Positions 10,316 through 20,342 of a DNA stretch of 64,000 bases are shown here, piece by piece. A program made the translations under genes and the position numbers. Position 1 is the first letter of the stretch, and each line of letters starts with the position of its first letter. The DNA lies in contig JAPLED010000065.1 of NCBI GenBank assembly GCA_026391475.1, positions 38,702 through 102,701 of the forward strand, given 5' to 3'. Under the pieces are notes generated by a model. That model did not search any database, was not told where the DNA came from, and saw only the letters and a list, made by a program, of their open reading frames with translations. The DNA is from Bacteroidia bacterium (GTDB lineage Bacteria; Bacteroidota; Bacteroidia; Bacteroidales; VadinHA17).

Positions 10316-12142
10316 TTATATCAACCTTATTGCTCCAAGATCTGCTGAACTTACATTTACTGCATATGCTTTCAACGAAGAAGGGATTTCCCGGTTACGT
10401 GTTTCTGGTTTATAAGCCCGGTCGCCTTTTAATTTCTCCTCTTTCTCTCTTTTTTTAAGTTCATTCTCAGTTAATACAACATTTATTTTTCTGCCGGGAA
10501 TATCTATTTTAATTTGATCTCCTGTTCTGACTAATGCCAGTTCCCCTCCTGCTGCAGCTTCAGGAGAGACATGCCCGATCGACAAGCCTGAAGTACCTCC
10601 GGAAAACCGGCCATCAGTTATAAGCGCACATTTTTTACCGAGCCCCTTAGATTTCAGATATGAAGTAGGGTAAAGCATCTCCTGCATGCCCGGGCCACCT
10701 TTAGGACCTTCGTATCTTATAACAACTACATCACCGGCATTAACGTCCCCTTTCAGGATTCCGTCAACCGCATCTTCCTGCGATTCGAATATCACCGTGT
10801 TACCGGTGAATGAAAACAGCGATGCATCAATACCTGCGGTTTTAACTATACACCCTTTTCGTGCAATATTCCCATAAAGTACAGCCAGACCGCCATCTTT
10901 GCTGTAGGGATGATCTACAGACCGGATGCATCCATTCTCCCTGTCGGTGTCAAGGTCTTTGTAGCTGGTATTATGAGAACCCATAACAAGGCTTTTTTCC
11001 ATTGAAGGGGCGCTACTGAAAAAATCAAAAGCAATAGGTTGCGCCTTTCCACCCTGTATATCCCAGTCGGAAATAGCATCATGAAGAGTTGGATAGTCTA
11101 CCCGTTTTACAGAACTGTTTATCAGGTTACTGCGTTCCAGTTCTCCCATTATTGATAAAATTCCTCCTGCACGGTTAACATCCTGCACATGATATTGTGA
11201 ACTTGGTGCCACTTTGCAGATATTGGGAATTTTGCGGGAAAGTTCATCGATATCTTTCATTGTAAAATCAACTTCCGCCTCATGAGCTATAGCAAGAAGA
11301 TGTAACACTGTGTTAGTAGATCCACCCATTGCTATATCGAGCGACATTGCATTCATAAATGCCTCTCTGGTTGCTATAGAGCGTGGCAGAACCGACTCAT
11401 CACCTTCATTGTAATATCTGTTTGCCAGATCTGCTATTAATCCTGCAGCCCTTTCAAACAGCTTCACCCGGTTCCGGTGGGTGGCAACAATTGTTCCATT
11501 TCCGGGAAGTGCAAGCCCCAGGGCTTCATTAAGACAATTCATTGAGTTCGCGGTGAACATGCCTGAACAAGATCCACAGGTAGGACAGGCAGATTTCTCA
11601 ATATCATTAAGATCTTTATCACTTATATTATTGTCGGCAGCTGCAACCATAGTATCTACAAGATCAAGATATTTGTTTTTATGAAGGCCGGCTTCCATTG
11701 GTCCTCCTGATACAAAAACAGCAGGTATGTTAAGTCTCATAGCTGCCATAAGCATCCCCGGGGTGATTTTATCGCAATTGCTTATACAGATCATTGCATC
11801 GGCGAGATGTGCATTACAAACATATTCAACACTATCAGCAATCAGTTCTCTTGAAGGCAGGGAATAGAGCATACCAGCATGCCCCATCGCAATGCCGTCA
11901 TCAATTGCTATTGTGTTGAATTCTGCGGCAAAAAGGCCCCTCTTTTCAATCTCTTTTTTAACGATCTGGCCAATTTCATGCAGGTGAACATGTCCGGGGA
12001 CAAATTGTGAAAATGAGTTGACAATAGCGATAACCGGTTTTCCAAATTGCTCCTCCTTCATTCCGTTGGCGCGCCAGAGGCTTCTGGCTCCTGCCATATT
12101 TCTGCCGGTTGTTGTCTTTGAGCTCCTGAGTGGGTTCTTCAT
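10316..12142 (-). CDS. ilvD: Dihydroxy-acid dehydratase
   Basis: I take the start at the ATG at 12142 ([11 protein letters not shown]). The track ORF starts at a TTG at 12244 and reads through the attenuator. Motifs: [14 protein letters not shown] and [12 protein letters not shown]. Confidence 0.9.
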   Translation of the reverse strand: MKNPLRSSKTTTGRNMAGARSLWRANGMKEEQFGKPVIAIVNSFSQFVPGHVHLHEIGQIVKKEIEKRGLFAAEFNTIAIDDGIAMGHAGMLYSLPSRELIADSVEYVCNAHLADAMICISNCDKITPGMLMAAMRLNIPAVFVSGGPMEAGLHKNKYLDLVDTMVAAADNNISDKDLNDIEKSACPTCGSCSGMFTANSMNCLNEALGLALPGNGTIVATHRNRVKLFERAAGLIADLANRYYNEGDESVLPRSIATREAFMNAMSLDIAMGGSTNTVLHLLAIAHEAEVDFTMKDIDELSRKIPNICKVAPSSQYHVQDVNRAGGILSIMGELERSNLINSSVKRVDYPTLHDAISDWDIQGGKAQPIAFDFFSSAPSMEKSLVMGSHNTSYKDLDTDRENGCIRSVDHPYSKDGGLAVLYGNIARKGCIVKTAGIDASLFSFTGNTVIFESQEDAVDGILKGDVNAGDVVVIRYEGPKGGPGMQEMLYPTSYLKSKGLGKKCALITDGRFSGGTSGLSIGHVSPEAAAGGELALVRTGDQIKIDIPGRKINVVLTENELKKREKEEKLKGDRAYKPETRNREIPSSLKAYAVNVSSADLGAIRLI

Positions 12143-12164
12143 AGTATAAAAATCATATTTAATG

Positions 12165-12191
12165 AAAAAGCCTCCCGGTTCCCCGGAAAGC
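12165..12191 (-). terminator. Intrinsic terminator (attenuator) between the leader ORF and ilvD
   Basis: The mRNA reads GCUUUCCGG-GGAA-CCGGGAGGC, a 9-bp stem including 2 G-U pairs, followed by UUUUU. It lies 22 nt upstream of the ilvD ATG. Its left arm can instead pair with UCCGGGAA (12220-12227), which sits directly after the leader stop codon. Confidence 0.6.
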
Positions 12192-12227
12192 TTCTGTATG
12201 TTTATAGTAATACATATTATTCCCGGA

Positions 12228-12287
12228 TCATGTGCGCTTTGCAATAATGAGGATGAGGGTAATAATATGGATTAAAGATATTCTCAT
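12228..12287 (-). CDS. Ile/Leu-rich leader peptide of the ilv-leu operon (19 aa, [19 protein letters not shown])
   Basis: I translated this by hand from the minus strand: atg aga ata tct tta atc cat att att acc ctc atc ctc att att gca aag cgc aca tga. Ten of 19 residues are Ile or Leu. It is not on the ORF track because it is too short. Confidence 0.55.
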   Translation of the reverse strand: MRISLIHIITLILIIAKRT

Positions 12288-12309
12288 TGTTTTATTATAA
12301 ATTGACGTA

Positions 12310-12317
12310 CAAATGTA
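12310..12317 (-). promoter_or_regulatory. Candidate Bacteroidota -7 box (TACATTTG, fits TAnnTTTG) for the leader/ilv-leu transcript
   Basis: The minus strand reads TTTG-18 nt-TACATTTG, with the box ending 22 nt upstream of the leader ATG. This matches the Bacteroides sigma-A -33/-7 consensus. Confidence 0.4.
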
Positions 12318-12517
12318 TTTAATATTTTAATATATCAAACAAAAAGTGCTTTTTATTGTAATTTATGTTACAGATTGCCAGGGATGATCTGAATCTTTTC
12401 ATTTGTTTTAGTATTGAATATTAACATATTACCCGATTTGCTCTCTGTTTTTTTCCCGTTTCGGTAAATTGTGACTTTATTACCCGGCCGTGGTTCAAAT
12501 CTGCATGTTTTTCATTA

Positions 12518-13936
12518 TCAATGGACGGTAGCATAGGGACCTACATCTGTGATTGTCAATGGTCTGTTGATTATTGGGATTGTGGTGTATTGGTCAGCGC
12601 CGGTATCGGGTGATGATCCACGCGGATTCCCGTCAATATCGATTGTGACGAAAGGATAATTCCCTATACCAGCGCTAATGGCAGGGCTCCTTTTAGTCAA
12701 ATGATATACTCCGTTATTGTCCGGGACAAGCCTGGGGTTAACATTTGTATAGCTATCAAAAGGCATTGAACCTCCTGTTGTATTCCAGAGAATATTTCCT
12801 TTCCAGACAGGATAGGGATAGCTGCCCTGAACAGATACCGGCTCACCTCCCTGAATAATATTATTTGCGAAAGTGATATTTACGGCCCCCAGTCCGTTAT
12901 TTCTAACCGGCATCTGATAGCTTGATTCACAATTAATTATGGTGTTATATACTACCTTAACCCTGTCGGGTCGGTCGTGACATGTAAGTTTTGAACCCTC
13001 TTTCACTTCTCCGTCACCATTTGTACAAACGATGGCTTTTGAACAGCCCTGGAAGTAATTGTTGTAGATCAGATGATCATCACCGCTGAAACGTAATCCT
13101 GTTGTATTGAGAAAGAAATTCCCGTAAACCTGGCTTTTGTTGCCATGACGAAGCGACATCTCCTCGCTTCGTTCTCCGAAAGTATTGAACCTGATGATGT
13201 TATTACACGACTTATGGCAGATTGCTCCTTCGTTCTCACCTTCAGTCTTTATAAATAAATTATATTCAACAACGCAAAAAGCTGAGTCCATGCTTCTTCC
13301 GCTTAGGCCTATCTGAATGGCTGAACAATTATTAGCAGTAGGAGGGAAGTTGTAAAAATAGTTATGATGTATCCAGGTTCTTTTTGCCATTTTATCGCTT
13401 CCCGGTCCCTGGACGGATATCATCTGACCTTCATCCTTTTTATTCTGGAAGATGTTATAACTTATCTCATTGTCATCCCCGGATATATTAAGGTATGGTT
13501 TGCTTCCAGGAGAACCTGCCGATGCACATTCAAAAACATTACGTGTTATAATACAATGTGTAGCACCTGTTTCTATACGGTTAGTCCCTGTTTTATTGGT
13601 GAACTTAAAGCCTTTTATTATTATGTAAGAAGAAGGAGAGGAGAGCATAAAACCGTTTGCTCCGTTGATCTCAACTCCACCGATAGTCTCAGCTTCAATG
13701 GTAATCGGTTGACTGGCGTTTCCCTGTTTTGAAATCAGGATACTTTCATTGGTGGTATAGACGCCATTGGCAACAATGATCCGATCGCCTGGACTGGCAT
13801 TGTTAATAGCTTGCTTCAGGGAAGAAACGGAATTTACTTTTATTATACCTGCAAAAGCAAAATACGAATTCAATATGAAAATGAAAAGAAATAATGAACA
13901 TTGAAAAAATCTTTTGTTCTTCATTCGTTTGTTCAT
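12518..13936 (-). CDS. Polysaccharide lyase family 6-like (chondroitinase B / alginate lyase fold), secreted
   Basis: 472 aa with a signal peptide. The N-terminal SLKQAINNASPGDRIIVANGVY is typical of PL6, the sequence shows parallel beta-helix repeat character, and the EGAICHKS and SLRHGN blocks resemble the PL6 catalytic Lys/Arg regions. Confidence 0.75.
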   Translation of the reverse strand: MNKRMKNKRFFQCSLFLFIFILNSYFAFAGIIKVNSVSSLKQAINNASPGDRIIVANGVYTTNESILISKQGNASQPITIEAETIGGVEINGANGFMLSSPSSYIIIKGFKFTNKTGTNRIETGATHCIITRNVFECASAGSPGSKPYLNISGDDNEISYNIFQNKKDEGQMISVQGPGSDKMAKRTWIHHNYFYNFPPTANNCSAIQIGLSGRSMDSAFCVVEYNLFIKTEGENEGAICHKSCNNIIRFNTFGERSEEMSLRHGNKSQVYGNFFLNTTGLRFSGDDHLIYNNYFQGCSKAIVCTNGDGEVKEGSKLTCHDRPDRVKVVYNTIINCESSYQMPVRNNGLGAVNITFANNIIQGGEPVSVQGSYPYPVWKGNILWNTTGGSMPFDSYTNVNPRLVPDNNGVYHLTKRSPAISAGIGNYPFVTIDIDGNPRGSSPDTGADQYTTIPIINRPLTITDVGPYATVH

Positions 13937-13943
13937 TCTTGTT

Positions 13944-15353
13944 TTATTTTTTAGTTTCGGTTGCCAGTTTGCTATTAACCATTCCTTTCACTTCAACTTT
14001 CACAACTGAAGCAATTGGATCAGGAGCTTTAGAAGGAAGTGAAACAGTCAAAACGCCATTTTTTGAAGCTGATGCTTTAAGTTTAGTTCCGTTAGCCAGG
14101 AGCTTTGCGGAGATCACTTTGTTAGTGAAACCGGGTATTATCAGTTTCCCGTCTGCCGGCCATTCAAATACCGAGAAGTAGAGAGTTGTCCCCACTTTTG
14201 TCTCTTTTTTTGTACAGCGGCCCCATGGGAAAAGGCCCCAGGGACTTGCTTTTGTATCATAGACAGCTTCACCGTTTACCTTCATCCACTGACCCATTTT
14301 TGCCAGAATATCAACACTTTCCTGAGGAAATTCCCCAAGGTCTGTCGGGCCAACATTTAATAAAAAGTTGCCGCCTTTTGAAGCAATATCGAGAAGGTTG
14401 CGGATAAGTGTTTCAGGAGTTTTATAATTATGATCGTAACTTTTGTAACCCCAGGTTCCGTTCATCGTCATGCATGTCTCCCAGTCTGTACCGTCAAGAT
14501 CTTTAAGGTTGGGTATTCTTTGTTCAGGTGTTTTATGATCACCGGGGAAATTAGGACGTTTAAGGCGATCGTTTGTGACTATTGCAGGCTGAAGAGCTAG
14601 CAGTGACTGGAGTTTAGTAGCAGCATCATCGGTCATATCGGTTGGTGTATCCCACCAGAGAACCGCCAGATCTCCATAATTAGTAAGCAACTCTCTCACC
14701 TGGGGAACGGCAACATCATCGATATATTGAGAAAATGTTTTTTTCTCCTGTGCCGGATCCCAGTGTCCCCTATGGTCTTTTGTGTAGGCATCAATTATTA
14801 CAGAATCAGGATTTGCCCATCCTTCTTTTGTTATCTTACGGGCTGCTGATCCTCCCGGATTGTTCCAGTCTTGTGCCTGAGAATAATAAAATCCAAGTTT
14901 TATACCATATTTTTTACAAGCTTCAGCAAGTGGTTTAAGGAGATCTTTACCATAAACTGTGGCATCCACAACATTCCACTTGCTGGCTTTTGTCCCGAAC
15001 AGGGCAAATCCGTCGTGATGCTTTGAGGTAATAACAATGTATTTCATCCCGGCATCCTTTGCCATTCGTACCCAGGCATCGGGGTCGTATTTAACCGGAT
15101 TGAACTGTCTGGCCATCTGCTGGTAATCAGCTACAGGAATTTTACCGCGATTCATTATCCATTCTCCGATCCCGCCTATCTGATGACCGTTCCATGTACC
15201 GGCAGGCAACGCATAAACACCCCAGTGAATGAACATTCCGAACCGTGCTTCGCGCCACCATTCCATGCGTTCATCATTTGTGAGGGTCTTCTGGGCAAAA
15301 ACACCATTGCCTGATAACAATAATAGTGTAAGTGCAATAATTGTTTTTTTCAT
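13944..15353 (-). CDS. Alpha-L-fucosidase, GH29, secreted
   Basis: 469 aa with a signal peptide. ARFGMFIHWGVYALPAG is the GH29 signature, followed by a C-terminal beta-sandwich domain. Confidence 0.88.
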   Translation of the reverse strand: MKKTIIALTLLLLSGNGVFAQKTLTNDERMEWWREARFGMFIHWGVYALPAGTWNGHQIGGIGEWIMNRGKIPVADYQQMARQFNPVKYDPDAWVRMAKDAGMKYIVITSKHHDGFALFGTKASKWNVVDATVYGKDLLKPLAEACKKYGIKLGFYYSQAQDWNNPGGSAARKITKEGWANPDSVIIDAYTKDHRGHWDPAQEKKTFSQYIDDVAVPQVRELLTNYGDLAVLWWDTPTDMTDDAATKLQSLLALQPAIVTNDRLKRPNFPGDHKTPEQRIPNLKDLDGTDWETCMTMNGTWGYKSYDHNYKTPETLIRNLLDIASKGGNFLLNVGPTDLGEFPQESVDILAKMGQWMKVNGEAVYDTKASPWGLFPWGRCTKKETKVGTTLYFSVFEWPADGKLIIPGFTNKVISAKLLANGTKLKASASKNGVLTVSLPSKAPDPIASVVKVEVKGMVNSKLATETKK

Positions 15354-15426
15354 TTGGTTTATTATTAGGTTATTAAGTTAGATTTATATGTTTGGTTTTC
15401 TATGCTCTGAGCCCTGCACCCAGCAC

Positions 15427-16419
15427 CTACCTGAACTGTTTCACGTATTCCAGAAACGTCTTTGCGCTTTTATCAAGATTTTCAATTGAGCCACCGCCCT
15501 CCAGTACCTCACACATCTCGTAAGCTATATAGCCCTGGTAACCGATCTCTTTCAGTGTATTTATGAAAGTTTTATAATCGAGAAAACCTTCACCAATCGG
15601 AACGGCCCTCATTTGTGACTCCAACCTGAGGTAATTTGTCTGAAGGTGCTCATATTTAAATCTTGGAAGTTCTTTATAATCGGCAGTGGTTGTGTGTACT
15701 AGATATGGCTTCATTGAGTAAATGGCCTTTTTTATTTCTTCTGAGGATAGTCCTTCAAGAGTAGGGGACCAGCAATCGAACGCAGCTTTTACATTTGGCA
15801 GGTTTACCTCATCGAGCAGCCATTTCATTGCGTCGTGGTGGATAGCAATATCATGATGGTTCTGTACTGCAAGTGTAATACCATATTTTGCAGCAATTTT
15901 ACCTGCCAACCGGAGTCCCTCAACAACCATTGCATATTGTTTGTCGTATGGAAGATCGGGTCGTTCATACCCAGTGTATATCCTCACCATATTGGTACCG
16001 AGATCGCGTGCCAGACGTGCCAGTTCACCAACATAAATTGCCTGTATTTCGACATTAGGTATGCCGGCTTTATCGACTCCTGCTGTGAAATCGGTGTAAC
16101 CTGCCAGGCAAACAAGTTCGAGACCCAGCTCTTTGAGTCTTGCACGAAGTTTCTGCCGGGCGGCATCATCATAATCAATAAGTGAAACATGAGGTCGTTT
16201 TGCTGCGAGCATAACACCGTCAAAACCAAGCTCTTTGGCTTTAACAAGAAACTCATCAACAGTGAGTGTTGCCTGTCCGCGCCATATTCCCATATAGCTT
16301 ACAGAGTGCAGGCAGGTCTTAACCTTAAAATCTTTTGGATCACCGGTAGGTACCTTTTGTCCGTTAACGACAACGGTCAGAATACCAAGTATTGTCAGAA
16401 TACTGCATGTTTTTCTCAT
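15427..16419 (-). CDS. Xylose-isomerase-like TIM-barrel protein (sugar phosphate isomerase/epimerase family), with signal peptide
   Basis: 330 aa. N-terminal MRKTCSILTILGILTVVVNGQ. The GFDGVML, VRIYTGY and LAVQNHHD blocks are typical of the AP_endonuc_2 / xylose-isomerase-like fold. Confidence 0.78.
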   Translation of the reverse strand: MRKTCSILTILGILTVVVNGQKVPTGDPKDFKVKTCLHSVSYMGIWRGQATLTVDEFLVKAKELGFDGVMLAAKRPHVSLIDYDDAARQKLRARLKELGLELVCLAGYTDFTAGVDKAGIPNVEIQAIYVGELARLARDLGTNMVRIYTGYERPDLPYDKQYAMVVEGLRLAGKIAAKYGITLAVQNHHDIAIHHDAMKWLLDEVNLPNVKAAFDCWSPTLEGLSSEEIKKAIYSMKPYLVHTTTADYKELPRFKYEHLQTNYLRLESQMRAVPIGEGFLDYKTFINTLKEIGYQGYIAYEMCEVLEGGGSIENLDKSAKTFLEYVKQFR

Positions 16420-16487
16420 AAATAGTAAGGTTAAATTATTGAGAGTATAAATATATGTTAAAGCAGGAAGAAGTGCAAATAGAAAAA

Positions 16488-16595
16488 GGCATAAAAGGCG
16501 TTATGGCGTTGAGGCGCGCCCCAATGCCGTAACGCCGTAAAGCCGCTATGCCGTTTTGCTGTCACGCCTCTATGCTTTTACGCCGTAAAACCGTT
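16488..16595. repeat. GC-rich degenerate repeat island: an imperfect palindrome around GGCGCGCC followed by 3 contiguous 24-nt direct repeats
   Basis: Units: ATGCCGTAACGCCGTAAAGCCGCT (16524-16547), ATGCCGTTTTGCTGTCACGCCTCT (16548-16571), ATGCTTTTACGCCGTAAAACCGTT (16572-16595). Hand-counted identity is 17-19 of 24. Upstream, gcgttatggcgttgagg / ccccaatgccgtaacgc form an imperfect inverted repeat. Confidence 0.65.
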
Positions 16596-17091
16596 ACAAA
16601 TCTATACCTTATTATATATATACCACATTTTTTCTTCCCGGTTCAAAAAAAAACAAAAAAAGTTTTCAAAGTTGGTGGTTTGTAATTTATTTTCTAATAT
16701 TGCTTTTGGGAATTAATGTAACATTCACCTTAAAAATACTTCTAACCTGGTATTTTAAGGTACATTTCTCCTCTTTTTTGATAGACCCTGATCAGCTCGG
16801 AAAAGTGATTTATTGCTTATCAGGGAGTTTTTCATTTTGATTGCTTAAATTGCAAGATGAATAAAGACCGAAGGCTAACCATTTCCGTACAATCAATGAA
16901 CAGTGCATTCATCGTTGTTCCAAACGGTGAATTATACCTAATAATATGTAACCAAATTATAAACTAACCAACCTTCTTACCATGAAAAACAGATCAAAAC
17001 AAAAAAAACCGGATAATTTCAAAATCCGTTAACCTACACGAATCAACCACTAACCTGGCTAAAGTATTAATGTTTAAATTATTTTAAATGC

Positions 17092-20000
17092 ATGAAAAAA
17101 ATTAATGAAAAGCGATTGCATTTTGTCAGTAGTCTCTGGCTTAAGCCGTTGATTACGACAAAATTGTGCATTTTGTTTCTGATATGCTCAATGACATCTG
17201 TTTCGGCAAGAACAGTATTTGCCGATGATCTGGGTACTTTTCAGCAGAATGCCGTTAAGGGAACGGTTAAAGATGCTGCCACAGGCGAAGCTCTCATTGG
17301 AGTCACCGTTGTGGTTAAAGGTACCACTACCGGTCAGCTGACTGACATTAACGGTAAATTTACAATCCCTGTATCTGCAGGACAAGCGAGACTTATTTTT
17401 TCTTTTATCGGTTACACAACCCAGGAGGTTGATGCAACTCCGGGCACTGATCTTAACATTTCTATGGCGCTCGCGATGACCCAGATCTCCGAAGTAGTTG
17501 TTGTAGGATATGGTGTCCAGAAAAAAGAGAGTGTTGTTGGTGCTATTACACAGGTAAATAGCGCCACTCTTATGCAGGCTGGAGCTACAACCATTACAAA
17601 CGCTATTGCCGGTAAACTTTCAGGGGTATTGACAATACAGACCCAGGGAGAACCTGGCGCTAACGGTGCCAATATCTATATTCGCGGTTTGTCGAGCTGG
17701 AACGGTAGTAGTCCTCTTGTACTGGTCGACGGAGTTGAACGTGATTTCTCCATGCTCAACCCGAATGAGATTAATACAATATCAGTACTGAAAGATGCCT
17801 CAGCTACGGCTGTTTTCGGTGCAAAAGGCGCTAACGGGGTTATTGTAGTAACAACAAAGCGCGGTTCCTTGGGTAAGCCAAAAATGGATTTTTCAGCTTC
17901 TTATGGTTATGAGAAAGCAACAAGAATACCTGATCATATCAGCTCATACACAACAATGTCGATGCTGAATGTGGCAAGGATGAATGGCCAGCAGTTCACA
18001 GACATGACGCCTGCCAATATTCTTGAGGAATACAGGAATCCTTCGACTCCCCTTAACGCACTTCGGTACCCGAATGTCAACTGGTTTGATGTTTGTACAT
18101 ATCCTTTAGCTCCTACTTCCACTGCAAACCTGAATATTTCGGGAGGTACTGAATTTGCGAAATACTTCCTTGCATTCGGGTATGAGCATGAGGCTAGTTT
18201 CTTTAAAGGAACCAATGACAATTTCTACGATATGAGGTATAAGAACGACAAGTTTAATTACAGGATCAACCTCGATTTCAGCATTACAAAATCTACACTA
18301 TTATCATTAAACGTCGGCGGTACTCTCAACTGGAAGAACAACCCTAACAGTAACTCATGGAGGAACTTATATTCCACAGGCCCGGCAAGATTCCCGGCAT
18401 ATTTCCCCGCCTGGGTCCTTGAAATGGTGCCTGATCTTGATTATCCCACCGATACAGGTGACAGGTTAGCTGCTCCGTTTGGAGAATATACAGCAAACCC
18501 CTACACTACTTTAAATTCAGGCCAGTTCAATAAAGACCTCGGATCAACGCTGTATACTGACCTTATACTGAAACAGGATCTCAACTTTATTGCAAAAGGT
18601 TTATCACTTAACGGTAAAGTCTCACTCAGCAGTTATTACAACAACAGGCAATTGACCGGCTCTCTGACGTACCCTGAGTATCTATTGACTTATGCAAATA
18701 TTGGAACGGCCACTAACCCATGGTACAGATATAATCCCGTTCAGGGGAATGATTACTGGAAAATGCCTCCTCTTGATATAAATGTCGGCGGATTAAACGG
18801 TGGTTATTACAATGACCTTTATTATGAAGCGTCATTGAATTATGTCAATACATTTGGCAAACACAATGTCAGCGCCCTGGGTCTTTTTAACCGGCAACAG
18901 AAAAATACCGGTACACAATTCCCTTATTATAATGAAGGCCTTGTAGGAAGAGCAACCTATGATTATGATCATAAGTACCTACTTGAGTTCAATGTAGGTT
19001 ATACAGGTTCTGAAAGGTTTGCACCCAGCAACAGGTTCGGATTTTTCCCTTCAGCTGCTTTAGGATGGGTGATTTCGGAGGAGCAGTTTTTTAAGAATGC
19101 AGTTCCGTGGATAAACAAATTAAAAGTACGGTATTCCGATGGCATGGTTGGAAGCGATTATGCAAAAAGCCGCTGGCTGTATACAAGCTCCTATTTTAAA
19201 GATGGCAGAGGGAACATCCGTGAAGACCTTATGGCAAATCCGGTGGCACAATGGGAAAGAGCTCATAAGAGAGATATCGGATTCGAATTAGGGCTATTTA
19301 AAAATGTCTTTACCCTTAATGTTGACTTATTCGATGAGTATCGTGATAAAATGCTGTTAGCACCAAAGAGTGTAACTTTCCTGATTGGTCAAAACATCAA
19401 GGAACTTAACCTTGGTAAAGTGAAAAAACATGGAATTGAAGTGGAAGCAGAATTCAGGAAAAGCCCGACTCCTAATTTCGAGTATTTTGTAAGAGGTATT
19501 TTCGGATTCAACGAGAACAGGGTTATATTTAAAGATGACCCTCCCGGATTTCCTGAATATATGAAGCTTGCAGGCAAACCATTGACTGAGATGCTGAGTT
19601 CGGAATATGGTATGGAGGGGCTGGAAATAAACGGAGTTCAGCTTACAGGTAGCGGATATTATACAACTATTGATGATATTCACAACAATGTTGCACCAAT
19701 TGCCTTAACAAGCTTATACGTAGGTGACTATAAATTCCTTGATTTTAATTCTGACGGAACTGTAAACGCCTATGATAAATACCCCATCAAAGGTTTAACA
19801 TATCCTCCATTCACATATTCATTATCAAGTGGATTTACATGGAAAGGATTTGATTTCAACTTCCTGTTCGCTGGCAACATTGGCAAGTATGTTCAGTATA
19901 ACCAGGCATTTGAGGTTGAGTTCATCAAGGGTGACTGGCGTGTTCACGGCTCACAACTTGATTACTGGACGCCAACCAATCCGAATGCAAATCACTCAAC

Positions 20001-20325
20001 ACTTCATTACAGTGGTAGTTCCAGTGCCGATATTCTTGTATGGGGTGGAGGTGAAGCTGACAGAGGTTATCAGACCATTATTGAAAACCGTTTTTTCAGA
20101 AAAGCTGATTATATCCGTTTAAAGGATCTCTATCTTGGATATACCTTTAAAACAGAGTCTTTAAGCAAGGTAGTTGGCATTTCCAACCTTCTTGTGTATG
20201 CCACCGGAAGTAACCTCTTTACTATTACGCCTCTTATTGAAGGTGACCCTGAAGCCACTAACTTTTACCAGGGATACTATCCTCAGATGGCTGCCGTCAG
20301 ATTGGGTATTAAGGCAATATTTTAA
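17092..20325 (+). CDS. SusC-like TonB-dependent outer-membrane transporter (pair 1)
   Basis: 1077 aa. It has a carboxypeptidase-regulatory-like domain (VKGTVKDAATGEALIGVTVVVKGTTTGQLTDINGKFTI), a plug (VVVGYGVQKKESVVGAI, VVTTKRG) and a C-terminal aromatic residue (KAIF). Confidence 0.9.
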   Translation: MKKINEKRLHFVSSLWLKPLITTKLCILFLICSMTSVSARTVFADDLGTFQQNAVKGTVKDAATGEALIGVTVVVKGTTTGQLTDINGKFTIPVSAGQARLIFSFIGYTTQEVDATPGTDLNISMALAMTQISEVVVVGYGVQKKESVVGAITQVNSATLMQAGATTITNAIAGKLSGVLTIQTQGEPGANGANIYIRGLSSWNGSSPLVLVDGVERDFSMLNPNEINTISVLKDASATAVFGAKGANGVIVVTTKRGSLGKPKMDFSASYGYEKATRIPDHISSYTTMSMLNVARMNGQQFTDMTPANILEEYRNPSTPLNALRYPNVNWFDVCTYPLAPTSTANLNISGGTEFAKYFLAFGYEHEASFFKGTNDNFYDMRYKNDKFNYRINLDFSITKSTLLSLNVGGTLNWKNNPNSNSWRNLYSTGPARFPAYFPAWVLEMVPDLDYPTDTGDRLAAPFGEYTANPYTTLNSGQFNKDLGSTLYTDLILKQDLNFIAKGLSLNGKVSLSSYYNNRQLTGSLTYPEYLLTYANIGTATNPWYRYNPVQGNDYWKMPPLDINVGGLNGGYYNDLYYEASLNYVNTFGKHNVSALGLFNRQQKNTGTQFPYYNEGLVGRATYDYDHKYLLEFNVGYTGSERFAPSNRFGFFPSAALGWVISEEQFFKNAVPWINKLKVRYSDGMVGSDYAKSRWLYTSSYFKDGRGNIREDLMANPVAQWERAHKRDIGFELGLFKNVFTLNVDLFDEYRDKMLLAPKSVTFLIGQNIKELNLGKVKKHGIEVEAEFRKSPTPNFEYFVRGIFGFNENRVIFKDDPPGFPEYMKLAGKPLTEMLSSEYGMEGLEINGVQLTGSGYYTTIDDIHNNVAPIALTSLYVGDYKFLDFNSDGTVNAYDKYPIKGLTYPPFTYSLSSGFTWKGFDFNFLFAGNIGKYVQYNQAFEVEFIKGDWRVHGSQLDYWTPTNPNANHSTLHYSGSSSADILVWGGGEADRGYQTIIENRFFRKADYIRLKDLYLGYTFKTESLSKVVGISNLLVYATGSNLFTITPLIEGDPEATNFYQGYYPQMAAVRLGIKAIF

Positions 20326-20342
20326 TCTCAAAGAAAGTTGTT

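Noticed and set aside
12143-12244. The N-terminal 34-aa extension of the ilvD ORF on the track (TTG start at 12244).
   Set aside because: The extension reads straight through the leader stop region and the terminator hairpin, and its sequence ([27 protein letters not shown]...) is not ilvD-like. The family-typical N-terminus [11 protein letters not shown] starts at the ATG at 12142.
12492-12501. GGTTCAAATC, a tRNA T-loop-like string.
   Set aside because: The flanking bases (CGTGG / CTGCA) cannot form a T-stem, and no acceptor or anticodon arms can be drawn around it.
16524-16595. A possible miniature CRISPR array, suggested by the regular 24-nt periodicity.
   Set aside because: The repeats are contiguous with no spacers, there are only three, they are degenerate (17-19 of 24 identical), and no cas genes are present.
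16857-16967. A 36-aa ORF (MNKDRRLTISVQSMNSAFIVVPNGELYLIICNQIIN) in the long region upstream of SusC.
   Set aside because: It has no recognisable motif, signal or promoter box, and I have no conservation evidence. It could only be a candidate if comparative data or Ribo-seq support it.
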